Positions 37,902-48,310 of a DNA stretch of 64,000 nucleotides are shown here, one piece after another. Under the pieces are notes generated by a model. The model was not told the origin of the DNA and made no database searches. It worked only from the letters and a program-made list of their open reading frames with translations. Position 1 is the stretch's first letter, and each line of letters begins with the position of its first letter. The stretch comes from a virus (lineage: Duplodnaviria; Caudoviricetes): positions 96,001 to 160,000 of the IMG/VR virus record IMGVR_UViG_3300011862_000001, one strand, 5' to 3'. Both the position numbers and the translations under genes were made by a program.

Positions 37902-40706
37902 TTACTGCGGGATGCCGTCTTCGTCTTCTTCTTTAGCGCTGCCATCGTCAGCAGCCCCAGTATCATCCCCGAGACCATCATCGTCAGTGCCAAGATCCCC
38001 AGCATCATCTCCATTGTCGCCATCGTTTCCATCCATGCCGTCATCTTGTGTTCCCAAGCCATCGTCATCCCCAGTGTCATCTCCCATACCGTCGTCACCT
38101 AAACCATCGTCGCCCATGCCATCGTCACCGCCGCCGAAGTCGTCGTCACCGCCCAGACCGTCATCACTACCACCGTTCGGGTCACCAAAATCACCACCTG
38201 AGCCATCCACAACATCAGACGCTTTGGCAATGGTTTCAATTTTACCGGAGGCACGTTTGACGAGCTGAATAATCGTCTTCGCCGCAGCCGCAGCATCATC
38301 AGAGAGCATCTTCACGTTCTCGCCGCGCTTATCATCTTCGTAGATAAGGTCGAAGAAGTCGTTTTCGATGCCTTGACGACGTAACCAGTTACGCGCATAG
38401 AAGGATTTCACCATGACTTTGATGTTGTCAACGTTCATGGTTACACCCGCATCCTGAAGCATACCGGTAACATCATCGGTCACGACGAGGTCAGCCAGTT
38501 TCTCAAAGAACTCCATACGCTTATCGAACATGTCCATCTGCGAAGAAGCCGCAGAGGTATCCGGTGGTGGCAGCGTAACCTTGATACCGTTGATATAAAG
38601 CCCCATCAGTTCCGAAGCACGTTTCACGTACTCAGACTCTGGCAGGTTGGTTTCCGTTTCCTTGATGTACTCCACGCACGCCTTAATCATCTCTGATTGC
38701 AGCTTCGGTGAAGACAGGGTAGAGGTCACTACATAACGCGTCAACGGCTTCTGGAGTATCTCCTGCTTCTTGGTAATCTGTTGGGTTACCAGCAGGGACT
38801 TCGAGAAGATTTGCGAGGCGAATTCCAGGTTATCCGGGGTCAACACTAAGTCTGGGTCAACGCCTGCGATATGACAGGTACGACGCAGCAGGTTCTCATC
38901 GATGGTGCCATCCGGCGTTTTGTATTCCGGGGTGGTATCCGATACCGAGATTTTGTGCGACGAGTAGTGCTCGTTACCTTCCACGTTAAAGGCAATCCCC
39001 GAGTTGGTGGACATGGACCAAATGTCATCCATGTTACCCCACATCGGCTGGCGACGGTTGTAGCTGTTGAGAATGTCGGATTTGATTTTCGCAACTGCTT
39101 CTTCGCCGTTCATCGCATCCGGTGACAACTGAATGTCGTACTGCATGTGACGCGCGGAGTTGAGAATCGCTGAGTTCATGGTGGCAAACAACAGCGCCAT
39201 ACGCACAGACGAGATAATAAAGGCACGTTCGGTAATGGACACACCGATACCGTCTTCATCAAAGTCGGTGGCAAAGTAGCACAGGTTCTCAGCCGGGATA
39301 TACAACACTTGCGTGTGACGTTTTGCAAGATGGCGCGTCAGCATCACACGACCAAAAGTTTCAGTCACGTTAATGTCGAGCTCTGCACCACCTAACGCAT
39401 CGCCTAAGGCAACCGCTAATTGGTTCTCGGCAATCTCACCAAAACGCGAGATAAGACGATTGGCAATGTCAGGTGTGACTTTGGCATTACCCTGACCCAT
39501 GTTAATTGCGGCACGGTTAATGGTGGAGTCAACCATCCCGTCGTTGTTCAGGTAGTTCATAAAGTTCGCATCGCCGTATAAGGACGAGCGCGCATTGATG
39601 AAGTTCCCCAATTCGTCGATAATCGTCAGGTACCCAATCGGGTTCATCACGTCATCGCCCAACACCAACGGTAAGGTGGATTCCGCTGGCAGGATACGCT
39701 CCACGTACTCCAGACGGTTCTGGTCGTCCAGCTGGGCTTTTTGCATTTCTGCATACAGCATCTGCTCAGGCGTACCACGATACGTTTCGTTAAGATCAGC
39801 AATCTTAATGTGGTTCGGCATCGACTTGTCTTGCTGCTGATGAGCATTGCTGGCATCGAACGTACCAAGGCCCGTTGGGGTCATTGGCTTTTCATATGCA
39901 GATTGTTCCATCTGGCCGTAAAACGAGCTGCTGGCGTTCTCACGCGCCACACGGCGCACGACTTCCGGCATGAGCATAACGTTACGGTTATCGGTGACGC
40001 TCAGTTGAAGCGTACCGAACCCTGAATCGGGTTTAAAAAGCTCAGTCAGGTTTAAGTCGATGGTCTGCGGACCATCCGGCTTTTGACGGATACCGAGAAT
40101 GCTCTCCAGACCCACTTTGTTTTCACCGGGCTTCGAGATTTTTCCCAGTATCCCACGCTGTGCGGTAAAGAATTCTTTACGGCGGTTATTAAAAGCATCG
40201 AGCTGTGTACCACGCAGGGCTTCTGTTGCGACTTTGGTATTAAGGCCGAACAGGTTATCAAAGCCGCTGTCAGACAGCAGCAACACTGGCGTCGCGCCTT
40301 TTGATTTTAATGCGTCGTAGATCCATTTATACAACTTGCCCGGCAACTTACGCACGTTATCGTGATAGTCGCGTTCAATTGCGGTCAGCCTTTCCTTCAA
40401 GTCTAACGGTACGTCAGTGACGCAGTCGTAGATTAAGCTGGTGTTAACCAGGTCTTTAGAAGAGAGCAGAGAGGACGTCGCAATGGTGACGATCGTTTCC
40501 AGCTCAGGCAGGGCCTGATAAATGCGCTGCGCGTTTTTAGTGGTACGAATACGCGAACTGGCAATCCCAGTCAACTCTGACCGGGTAGGCGTGGTTCCAC
40601 CTTCTTCGCGCTTTCCGCGTTCCTGTGCCCCTGCCGGGCCAGTAGATTTACGCAGAATCGCATTGATGGCAGGATCACGCGCAGTTAACTTACTAATATC
40701 GTCCAT
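37902..40706 (-). CDS. Portal protein (gp81-like) with N-terminal extension and acidic tail
   Basis: 934 aa from MDDIS after GGAG; ATE-162 and ARE-256 candidate sites; portal-like GVSITE and AGVDPD segments; synteny. Confidence 0.7.
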   Translation of the reverse strand: MDDISKLTARDPAINAILRKSTGPAGAQERGKREEGGTTPTRSELTGIASSRIRTTKNAQRIYQALPELETIVTIATSSLLSSKDLVNTSLIYDCVTDVPLDLKERLTAIERDYHDNVRKLPGKLYKWIYDALKSKGATPVLLLSDSGFDNLFGLNTKVATEALRGTQLDAFNNRRKEFFTAQRGILGKISKPGENKVGLESILGIRQKPDGPQTIDLNLTELFKPDSGFGTLQLSVTDNRNVMLMPEVVRRVARENASSSFYGQMEQSAYEKPMTPTGLGTFDASNAHQQQDKSMPNHIKIADLNETYRGTPEQMLYAEMQKAQLDDQNRLEYVERILPAESTLPLVLGDDVMNPIGYLTIIDELGNFINARSSLYGDANFMNYLNNDGMVDSTINRAAINMGQGNAKVTPDIANRLISRFGEIAENQLAVALGDALGGAELDINVTETFGRVMLTRHLAKRHTQVLYIPAENLCYFATDFDEDGIGVSITERAFIISSVRMALLFATMNSAILNSARHMQYDIQLSPDAMNGEEAVAKIKSDILNSYNRRQPMWGNMDDIWSMSTNSGIAFNVEGNEHYSSHKISVSDTTPEYKTPDGTIDENLLRRTCHIAGVDPDLVLTPDNLEFASQIFSKSLLVTQQITKKQEILQKPLTRYVVTSTLSSPKLQSEMIKACVEYIKETETNLPESEYVKRASELMGLYINGIKVTLPPPDTSAASSQMDMFDKRMEFFEKLADLVVTDDVTGMLQDAGVTMNVDNIKVMVKSFYARNWLRRQGIENDFFDLIYEDDKRGENVKMLSDDAAAAAKTIIQLVKRASGKIETIAKASDVVDGSGGDFGDPNGGSDDGLGGDDDFGGGDDGMGDDGLGDDGMGDDTGDDDGLGTQDDGMDGNDGDNGDDAGDLGTDDDGLGDDTGAADDGSAKEEDEDGIPQ

Positions 40707-40721
40707 TGGGGTCTCCGAATA

Positions 40722-42839
40722 ATGCAGAGGTTCAATATCTTTAGAGACCAGAACATCGCGCTGGCGAAGTCGTTGATTATTAAATCCGACATCATTGCCC
40801 AACAGATGAATCTGGCCATAACCCAGAAAGGCGGTTATGTGTCGAGTGACCGCAACACATGGCGGTATTACCTGCACCTGGCAGGCAGACGACATGACCT
40901 TGATCAGCCTATCTTAATCACATCGTTAGATACACAAGAGCTTATCGAACTCACAACAGCAAACCTGTCGATTCATAAGAAAACCTCGAACGTGTATCGC
41001 TCCAACACCGAATATATCGACCAGCTAATACTCGCTAATCTGGACTACGCGGTCTATATAAAGGGCTGCTTCTGGCCTATCCCTTTGCGGGTGTCAGTCA
41101 GTGTGCGTGATAACTCGATTTTGTACTACAACCCGACGTTAGTCGAGTCGCAAGAACAGTCACTTATCCGTAATCTGGAGGATAAAATTACTGCCTTCCA
41201 TGTCCGCTATATGGCAGACGGTTGGCGGGTGCACAACGATGCGTTTGTGCTGGCCTTCTATAACATGTTGTATCCTGCGTTACCGGGCATGTTGATGCGC
41301 TTACGCACAGAGAAACAACATACATTAGAAACACATTCGTATTTTGTCACCGAATTCCTGGCCTCCCACCAGGAGCTACATGAGTTCATTCCGTACCTGA
41401 CGCGTAATCAAATGTTTACCGTCTATCGCAATATCCGCTATTGGGAGCGCAACTCCGGCAAGAAGGACATCTTTGACACCATGGTCAATACCTTCTTTAC
41501 TGGCTGGAGTATGCCTGCGGTGGCGTACCGGGTAGGGCAACAGATTCATGACCCGTCCAGTGGTAAAGATGAAGACCTCACCCCGTTACCGGTGGGTTAT
41601 CAAGAAGCGCTTAACTACACCGAGCGTAACTCAGGTCGTGACCTCGATTTGGTGACTACCGCAGACATCATCCAAAAGGAAGTGCGGCTGGCGTATAACA
41701 ACTTCGTTCACCAGGCAGAGTACCAACGCTCGCTCGATACCCGGTTAAGTCTCACCCAGTATCCGAACCTGACCACCAAACTGGTTGAGGTGACAGCGAT
41801 TGACCCGGAAGCGGTGGAACGCTTTGAGTTTACCCACGGGCTATTTAACGAGTGGCTGCATCTGGCGGCTAAAGGGCGTTACAATATCCTGCAAGACTTC
41901 TTGAACCCGACCAACGGGGAAACCATCCGGCTTAACAGCAAGGAGCTGATGGCGCTGTATCTCTACGCAGGCTTTAAAGGCTACTCCGGGATAGCTCTTG
42001 AGAAGATTCCTACCTTTAACGCCTTAGGGGTGCAGATTAAGCGCTGGGTGTCAGTCGGTGAAATGCAACGCTATCTGGTACCAGACAGTTGGGAAGGTCG
42101 CTATGATAAAACCGTCAACTACTTTGCCGATACCCAAGTCGATGTGATTGGGGATGTGCTCAGTAATGATGAGTTTTACGACATGGCGTCCACCATGATT
42201 AACAACAAACGGCGTCGTTGGACGTATGCCTATAACCGTCGCAAGATGAAAGACCGGGCGGCGGCATTGCAACTGTTCGCCTACCACTACCGTGACTACC
42301 GCTGTGATTTAGGGTTGCCTTATGAGAACTACGACGCCTTCTTCCAGGCGCTGGGGTTTGATTATACGATAATCTCTGATGAAACCTGGCAGGATATCGC
42401 CACGGATGCGTTCAATATCGCCACCAACCTGGATAACCGCGCGACCTTGTCGCAATCGGAAATCCAACGGGCGATGGTGAAGCTGATGAGTAAGCTGTCA
42501 TCGTACTCGATTCATTTCGCGGCACGTATGTCTTCAGACACCTATGACACAACCGACCCGATTACGCCGATACTGGGAGACATCTATACATCCGGTGGCA
42601 TGTCGACCACGATTGATGATGCGCACGTTGGGGTGGTGTCGACACAGGTGGCAGCGAAGATGCGCACGGCCACACCGTTGTCCGTGATGCCGACCGTGGT
42701 GGCGATGTCTATGCCACGGCGTTATAAGCTACGCATGAATATCTATCCGGGTATTCAAGTTCGCGTGCACCAGAAGCTGCGTATCGATATTGAGACGAAT
42801 GCCGTGGGGGTTGTTTCGCAAGAAGTAACCAGTAGCTAA
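40722..42839 (+). CDS. Virion structural protein (gp82-like)
   Basis: 705 aa; TWRYYLHLAG motif; divergent from portal. Confidence 0.65.
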   Translation: MQRFNIFRDQNIALAKSLIIKSDIIAQQMNLAITQKGGYVSSDRNTWRYYLHLAGRRHDLDQPILITSLDTQELIELTTANLSIHKKTSNVYRSNTEYIDQLILANLDYAVYIKGCFWPIPLRVSVSVRDNSILYYNPTLVESQEQSLIRNLEDKITAFHVRYMADGWRVHNDAFVLAFYNMLYPALPGMLMRLRTEKQHTLETHSYFVTEFLASHQELHEFIPYLTRNQMFTVYRNIRYWERNSGKKDIFDTMVNTFFTGWSMPAVAYRVGQQIHDPSSGKDEDLTPLPVGYQEALNYTERNSGRDLDLVTTADIIQKEVRLAYNNFVHQAEYQRSLDTRLSLTQYPNLTTKLVEVTAIDPEAVERFEFTHGLFNEWLHLAAKGRYNILQDFLNPTNGETIRLNSKELMALYLYAGFKGYSGIALEKIPTFNALGVQIKRWVSVGEMQRYLVPDSWEGRYDKTVNYFADTQVDVIGDVLSNDEFYDMASTMINNKRRRWTYAYNRRKMKDRAAALQLFAYHYRDYRCDLGLPYENYDAFFQALGFDYTIISDETWQDIATDAFNIATNLDNRATLSQSEIQRAMVKLMSKLSSYSIHFAARMSSDTYDTTDPITPILGDIYTSGGMSTTIDDAHVGVVSTQVAAKMRTATPLSVMPTVVAMSMPRRYKLRMNIYPGIQVRVHQKLRIDIETNAVGVVSQEVTSS

Positions 42840-42886
42840 ACCGCCAAGTGGGCAGACCGTGCCCACTGTAACCATGTGAGAAATGT

Positions 42887-43408
42887 ATGACGTACCGTGT
42901 AGACTTATCAAAACCCGCCGCTGAGGTGCTGTTAAACCGTATCAACTACGTCTTTGGTACTTCTTATAGACCAGACCAGATTGAGTTTAACCAACGCGGC
43001 GCGTGGCCCCTTACTTCCAGCGAACAGCGGGCGAAAGGCGTGGAATCAAAGATTGCCGCCCAGTTCAAAAACGGGGTCTACGGAACGCGTGAGTTTTACA
43101 TGACTCGCGCAGATTTAACAGAATTGCTTCATGATGTGGTGGTTGAAGTTCCACAGAACGCCGTCACATGGAGCCATTATCTGGTGCCGTATATTACCGA
43201 AGCGCTCGGTCTTCAGTTAGAGAGTATGGATTTGTGGGTGGAGCCGGTAGACAGTAGTGCGGGTACTTACTTAGCACGCATTGCCCCACACCATCCCGCC
43301 TTTAAAGGCTCGATTGCAATCGAGTTTATTAACCCACAACCCCGCCGTCTGGCAGAGCTGCTTACGCTGCGCAACCTTGATGGATTCAGATTCGGAGAAT
43401 TTCTATAA
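42887..43408 (+). CDS. Putative virion/tail protein
   Basis: LL.RIN...G motif; structural operon. Confidence 0.55.
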   Translation: MTYRVDLSKPAAEVLLNRINYVFGTSYRPDQIEFNQRGAWPLTSSEQRAKGVESKIAAQFKNGVYGTREFYMTRADLTELLHDVVVEVPQNAVTWSHYLVPYITEALGLQLESMDLWVEPVDSSAGTYLARIAPHHPAFKGSIAIEFINPQPRRLAELLTLRNLDGFRFGEFL

Positions 43409-44295
43409 TGTCAAACAGTAAAACCTACGACGGCAAACTCTCAACCGCCACACTGAGCGCGATGCGCCTGTCGGCTGCGTTGATTACCGGCGCAGATATC
43501 CAGTATCCGCAGAACTCGACGTTGAATGAGTTCTACAAGTTAATGACCGCGCGTATCCCTGACCCGAAAGCCCGCCCGACTTTGAAGTACATGGCGCTCG
43601 GTTATAAAGGCCACCGGGTAGAAAACGACGGGGAAATTGATGACGTGGTGCCGGTGGGTAAGCGTCAGACCACCTCCGGGATGTTCAGTGAAGTGCCGTG
43701 GGTATTGCGCCCGCTCGATAACGACCTCAGTGACGAGCAGCGTAAGAACTACCGCTTTCGTACCCAGGTGAAAATAAATGGCCGTGATTACTGGGCCTAT
43801 TACCTGCGTGTGCTCGATATGCGCACGATTGCAACCAGCGATGTGGAAACGATTCGTGAGAACGGCGTGCCGCGTATGGGTGACTTCGTGTATACCGACG
43901 CTGAGCTGCATCCGGTTCCGGCTACTTTGCCTGACTACGATTACGATGATGACGACACGGTAGAAATGCCAGACGGTCGTTACGTCGAATCCGGTGTGGA
44001 TTTACAAATCGTCTGGAACGACTTTGACGTGCAGGAATACCTGAACGTGATTTCCATTATGCGTGGTAACCCGAACCGTGCAGTGATTTCTGAAATCGCC
44101 CTGTGTTCTGGTCTCGACGTACCGGAAACAGGAAAGTCGGCCACCGGTTCTCCGTTTAGCTACACCGAAGCGATTGGCGTGCAAGCGCTGTATCACATCT
44201 CGATGTATGCGAACCTCGCCCAGACTAACGAAAACCTGGCGCTGACCGTGCGTATTGGTCAACCGGCACCGTTCTTCTTAGGGGATGCATCATAA
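43408..44295 (+). CDS. Virion structural protein (gp84-like)
   Basis: TAATG coupling; LRPLDNDL, ISEIALCSG motifs. Confidence 0.65.
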   Translation: MSNSKTYDGKLSTATLSAMRLSAALITGADIQYPQNSTLNEFYKLMTARIPDPKARPTLKYMALGYKGHRVENDGEIDDVVPVGKRQTTSGMFSEVPWVLRPLDNDLSDEQRKNYRFRTQVKINGRDYWAYYLRVLDMRTIATSDVETIRENGVPRMGDFVYTDAELHPVPATLPDYDYDDDDTVEMPDGRYVESGVDLQIVWNDFDVQEYLNVISIMRGNPNRAVISEIALCSGLDVPETGKSATGSPFSYTEAIGVQALYHISMYANLAQTNENLALTVRIGQPAPFFLGDAS

Positions 44296-44945
44296 TGCAA
44301 ATCCCTGAACCGCGATTGCCGGAGAAGATGGTGCGCATTGCAGCTGTTGACCCCGGCACCAGTCACTTAGGGCTCGCGGTTCTCGATTGGGAATTCGGTA
44401 CGGAAATGGCAGAGGTGGTGTGGGCAGATACCGTTCACGCAAAAGACCCGACGCATGATACCCCCTATGGGGAATACGTGGGGAGACGTGATGCCCGCTT
44501 GGCTTATCTGGAAGAACAGTGGGAATTGTTCTTACGGATGGCTAACGCCACCTTCCATGCAACCGAAACTCCATTCATGAAACGTGCGAAGCTTTCGGCC
44601 TATGAATCGGGTGTCGAACTGCAACTGATGTTACGTCGCACCTTGTGGCGCGTCCATCCAGGCAAAGTGCTCCATGGTTTTAACCCCATTATTGTGAAAT
44701 CCTTTGTGGGTGTGGAAGCCAAAGGGACAGATAAATCGCACATGGCAGCGGCTGTCCAGAAGCTCTACTGCAACCACACACAGATTGACCTTAGCGCCCT
44801 TGACGAACACAGTATCGACGGGATAGCGGTAGGGAACATCTTTGTGCGGGTCTCACTACTCAATCTCAATAGTCTGTTGCCGCCACGGGAGAAAAAACCC
44901 AAGCCGGGCAAGTCTCGCCGTCGTCACAGACGTAACCGGGGCTAA
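44295..44945 (+). CDS. ruvC: RuvC-like Holliday junction resolvase
   Basis: IAAVDPGTSHLG, ETPF, DKSHM..AV, DEHSIDGIAVG acidic motifs. Confidence 0.85.
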   Translation: MQIPEPRLPEKMVRIAAVDPGTSHLGLAVLDWEFGTEMAEVVWADTVHAKDPTHDTPYGEYVGRRDARLAYLEEQWELFLRMANATFHATETPFMKRAKLSAYESGVELQLMLRRTLWRVHPGKVLHGFNPIIVKSFVGVEAKGTDKSHMAAAVQKLYCNHTQIDLSALDEHSIDGIAVGNIFVRVSLLNLNSLLPPREKKPKPGKSRRRHRRNRG

Positions 44946-44949
44946 AACT

Positions 44950-45525
44950 ATGTCACAAAGTTTGCAGGACGCCACTTCGACCGTGTTGGACGTACTCATC
45001 AAGGCCGGCAGTAACACGCTGACCGCTGAAGATGCGCAACAGCTCAAAGAAGCCGCGGTAGTTGCTGTGGGGTCATCTGATCTCATTGACGTGACAAAAC
45101 CCGCTAACATTATCCTGGCCACCTTGCGCCCGATGCTGATTCAGCAAATCGGTACGCTCGGTAAGACCATGGAGAAGTTAGCTATCGACTCCATCGAAGG
45201 GATGGATGCGAAATACGGTAAAGAAACCATCATGACCCTCTGGCCTTCCCTGTCATTACCTGTCAAAGCCATCATTGTGCTTTTGGCATTAGCGACAGCG
45301 GGTGGCGACATCTACATGACCCACGACTTTGTTCAGCGTGAGGTGGTGGAGTTGTTTGATGCGGTCACGGTGGCAGTGGTACCGCTCTTCGCATTGTTTA
45401 TCTTTGCAACTGTGCCCATTAAGACGCTGGCGTATACGTCATTAAGCGTTGGGGCCAAGGTAGTAGAGGCGAGACTCCAGAAGTCCACCGCATCGAAACC
45501 ATCGGGCGATGCTTCGTCCAAATAA
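44950..45525 (+). CDS. Two-TM membrane protein (holin candidate)
   Basis: Hydrophobic segments AIIVLLALATAG and AVTVAVVPLFALFIFATVPI. Confidence 0.5.
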   Translation: MSQSLQDATSTVLDVLIKAGSNTLTAEDAQQLKEAAVVAVGSSDLIDVTKPANIILATLRPMLIQQIGTLGKTMEKLAIDSIEGMDAKYGKETIMTLWPSLSLPVKAIIVLLALATAGGDIYMTHDFVQREVVELFDAVTVAVVPLFALFIFATVPIKTLAYTSLSVGAKVVEARLQKSTASKPSGDASSK

Positions 45526-45528
45526 GCG

Positions 45529-45564
45529 TGCTCGCTCCTTCGGGAGCGAGTATTTTTATTTTTT
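45529..45564 (+). terminator. Intrinsic terminator
   Basis: GCTCGCTCC-TTCG-GGAGCGAGT plus T-tract. Confidence 0.85.
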
Positions 45565-45616
45565 GCCTAATTACAGTATTTCAACATTATGTGTGGACCT
45601 TACCAGGATGAACATC

Positions 45617-46219
45617 ATGAAAACCCAGACGAGAACCCGCACCCTACTGTTGGAAGCAGGCAGCGTACTGTCGGCGATTCCCAACGGTGAAAAACGGGTC
45701 TTTACCCATCAAGAACGTATACTGATAGCCGGATTAGTGTTGGATGAAATCACCTTCACGTTGTGGTCAACGGTGTCATGGTTTCACAGCATGAAACATC
45801 CACCCTACCAGGGGATGGCCTTTGTCAAGTTAAAAGAGTTATTGCCTCGTCCTCCATCGGATGATGACCTGCGTGCCATTATCGCGCTGCTCACCCGTAA
45901 ATGGACGGTGCTGTTTGCCCGCCACGGTTTGCCGTACACCTTAAAGGGTGACGACATCTTACCGACGGACTTCTATGACGACAACCCGCCCCGGGTGTTC
46001 GACCATGGCGTTCGTTACCACTGGCACAAGGATTACCTGCAAGCCACTTGGCTGCGTCCGGTGATTGACTTCCAGGAGATGTCGGTCACAAGCTTTATGC
46101 GCCGCATTGCCCACAACAACCCCAAAGCCGGGTTAAAGCCCGACCAGGTGTTCGATAACCTTCAGTCGGTACCGTTGTGCGCGTTCCTTACTACGCGTTA
46201 CCAAGTCGAAGTTTTTTAG
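45617..46219 (+). CDS. Hypothetical protein
   Basis: Start MKTQT after AGGA (45608 is an alternative). Confidence 0.7.
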   Translation: MKTQTRTRTLLLEAGSVLSAIPNGEKRVFTHQERILIAGLVLDEITFTLWSTVSWFHSMKHPPYQGMAFVKLKELLPRPPSDDDLRAIIALLTRKWTVLFARHGLPYTLKGDDILPTDFYDDNPPRVFDHGVRYHWHKDYLQATWLRPVIDFQEMSVTSFMRRIAHNNPKAGLKPDQVFDNLQSVPLCAFLTTRYQVEVF

Positions 46220-46228
46220 GAGTAGAGT

Positions 46229-46708
46229 ATGTTAGTTATCACTGTCCCGCTTGATAAAATCTCCGGTACCACCTTTCCTGGTCTACGCAGCTGGCTGGAA
46301 GAGTTAAACAGCATCCGTGAAACGCCGGTCAACGTTGTGATGGCGGTAGAAGATGATAACGTCATGGGCGTTATGGTCTATGAACCGGGTAACCTTATCT
46401 ATCTGTTCGTCCCTCAGGCTGTCCGTCGCTGTGGCGTTGGGCGCTTTTTGGTGAACTACCTGGCTCAACAGTCTGAGCGTAAACAGGTGGCCTGTCGGGT
46501 GTCCCCAGACGCCGTAGAAGCCATATGTTTCTTTCACCAACTGGGCTGGCAGATAGAACGCTGGTATATTGGCCTTGACAATCGACGCTACTTTCGTATG
46601 ACGAACAGTACACCGCATTCGTCACATACTCCATCGGAGGAAAACCACTTGGCACAGTTCGCTGCTAACGTGCCAATCTTTCTCTCGATGGCGGGAGGTA
46701 TATCTTAG
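46229..46708 (+). CDS. GNAT acetyltransferase
   Basis: LFVPQAVRRCGVGRFL (motif A), FFHQLGW (motif B). Confidence 0.8.
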   Translation: MLVITVPLDKISGTTFPGLRSWLEELNSIRETPVNVVMAVEDDNVMGVMVYEPGNLIYLFVPQAVRRCGVGRFLVNYLAQQSERKQVACRVSPDAVEAICFFHQLGWQIERWYIGLDNRRYFRMTNSTPHSSHTPSEENHLAQFAANVPIFLSMAGGIS

Positions 46709-46723
46709 TCGCGAGAGTACAAC

Positions 46724-47209
46724 ATGATACGTGTTACCTACGAAACACGAAACCTGGAGGATCTTCAGGCACGGCCAGTGGAATGTACCGAGATTGTACC
46801 CGGCGCAGTGTTAAACCTCGCACGTTCTACGTTGCGAGGTGTACCGGTTAAGATACTCAGTCATGAGCCTTGGCGCGAAGCTAAAACTATAAAGACAACC
46901 CCGGCTGTAAAGCCCCGTAACAGAAAGAACTATGCGGCACTAAAACATCGCTTGGTGCGGCATTTCCGACGCAGTGCCTGGAAAGCACTGGTCGTGATGG
47001 TTATCGATGATTTCATTCGTGAGTTAGAATGGGAAGAGGTCTTGAAAGAAGCGGGCTACCGTACAAAACCTTTCACTTATCATTGGCATCACTTTAAAAG
47101 TCAGTTCATTGACGCTTTACACTGGTCACCTGCAACACAAAAGATGCTACCAAGGCTGGAGCAACAGGAGTGGCTTCTCCCTTATTTGGATGAGGATAAA
47201 AAGTTATGA
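46724..47209 (+). CDS. Hypothetical protein
   Basis: ORF in operon. Confidence 0.65.
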   Translation: MIRVTYETRNLEDLQARPVECTEIVPGAVLNLARSTLRGVPVKILSHEPWREAKTIKTTPAVKPRNRKNYAALKHRLVRHFRRSAWKALVVMVIDDFIRELEWEEVLKEAGYRTKPFTYHWHHFKSQFIDALHWSPATQKMLPRLEQQEWLLPYLDEDKKL

Positions 47210-47595
47210 CCCGTTTCCTTTTCGCCATTGCATTGTTGGCGATGACGTTTTCAGTTTCCGCGAAGTTCGACCCCAGTCAGATGGTGGGCTTTACACCGTC
47301 TAATCCGGGCGACGTTCGTGTTAAATTCAGTAAAGCCGATAATCCCAAAGTGGTTGCTGAACACGGTGGGTTTGCGGTGGTGAACTTCGGCCGTGAAGAC
47401 AAGTGTCCGAGCGGCGGCTTTTACCTGGTCAATCTGACGCGCCAAACCTACCAGTTTATTGATGCTGGCAGTTGCGCGAAGAATCTGAGCGTTACGCTAA
47501 TCGACCCGATGTACAATCAATCGGTCGTGACCCAAATACTTACCTTCTATATTGGTGAGCTTATCACAGCGCGTTATCCGCTGTATGGGTACTGA
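47206..47595 (+). CDS. Exported protein with Sec signal peptide
   Basis: MTRFLFAIALLAMTFSVSA signal; two Cys. Confidence 0.7.
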   Translation: MTRFLFAIALLAMTFSVSAKFDPSQMVGFTPSNPGDVRVKFSKADNPKVVAEHGGFAVVNFGREDKCPSGGFYLVNLTRQTYQFIDAGSCAKNLSVTLIDPMYNQSVVTQILTFYIGELITARYPLYGY

Positions 47596-47600
47596 TATGC

Positions 47601-47638
47601 CCCTCTCCCCACTCGGGAGAGGGTACTCTTATTTTTTT
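47601..47638 (+). terminator. Intrinsic terminator
   Basis: CCCTCTCCC-CACTC-GGGAGAGGG plus T-tract. Confidence 0.75.
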
Positions 47639-47671
47639 CGTATCGGCTCAGTGCTATAGGAGGATTGGACG

Positions 47672-48283
47672 ATGAAAAAACTGTATCGTTTAGCAGTGAT
47701 TGGTTCGCGTAAAACAGACCAGGCGACCATGCATGAAATGTACATGGTGTTACTGCGTGGCTTGAATATGTTAGGGCGACGGGGGTATGAGTTTCTCTGG
47801 ACGTCCGGAGGTTGCTGGGAAGGGCCTGACCAGCTCCAGTTTGAAATGGCCCGTCAGTGGCGTAACACGGTCGTGATTGGCCCGCAGGGCAAACCGATGG
47901 ATGCCAAACCCGACGGTCAATTCGTCTGCTATCTGCCGGATGATAAAAAGCGGGCGATGCTCTCGCGGTTACACCCCAACGTAGAGTTCCGTATAATCGC
48001 TCAGGACGAACGCTACCGTGAGATAGTAGGTAACCTTCACCCCGCGCCAGATAAGCTCCAGGAGTTCGCCTGGGCGCTTCACGGACGCAATTTGAATATC
48101 ATTATGGGTGACCAACTGGATACCCCGGTGGATGCAGTGTATTACTCTGCCCCACTGAACAAACACGGCGAACCTACCGGCGGTACCGCAATGGGGGTGA
48201 AGTACGCCAAACAATGTGGCATCCCGTGTTACAATCATGTTAACGATGCCCGGACCTGGCTGGAGTCACTGCGTTTATTATGA
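47672..48283 (+). CDS. SLOG/DprA-like nucleotide-binding protein
   Basis: AVIGSRK, SGG..GPD, HGRN, GGTAMGV..A...GIP.YN. Confidence 0.7.
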   Translation: MKKLYRLAVIGSRKTDQATMHEMYMVLLRGLNMLGRRGYEFLWTSGGCWEGPDQLQFEMARQWRNTVVIGPQGKPMDAKPDGQFVCYLPDDKKRAMLSRLHPNVEFRIIAQDERYREIVGNLHPAPDKLQEFAWALHGRNLNIIMGDQLDTPVDAVYYSAPLNKHGEPTGGTAMGVKYAKQCGIPCYNHVNDARTWLESLRLL

Positions 48284-48310
48284 CCTGGCCACCATTTACC
48301 GGAGTACGCT

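Noticed and set aside
37912-38268. Ser/Pro-rich plus-strand ORF
   Set aside because: Reverse-complement reading of the portal Gly/Asp repeats
40707-40895. Long N-terminal extensions in the ORF track (also 8983-9039, 10189, 22466, 26072, 26688, 44842, 45509, 57308)
   Set aside because: They overlap neighbouring genes, terminators or leaders; downstream ATGs mostly have better SDs or translational coupling
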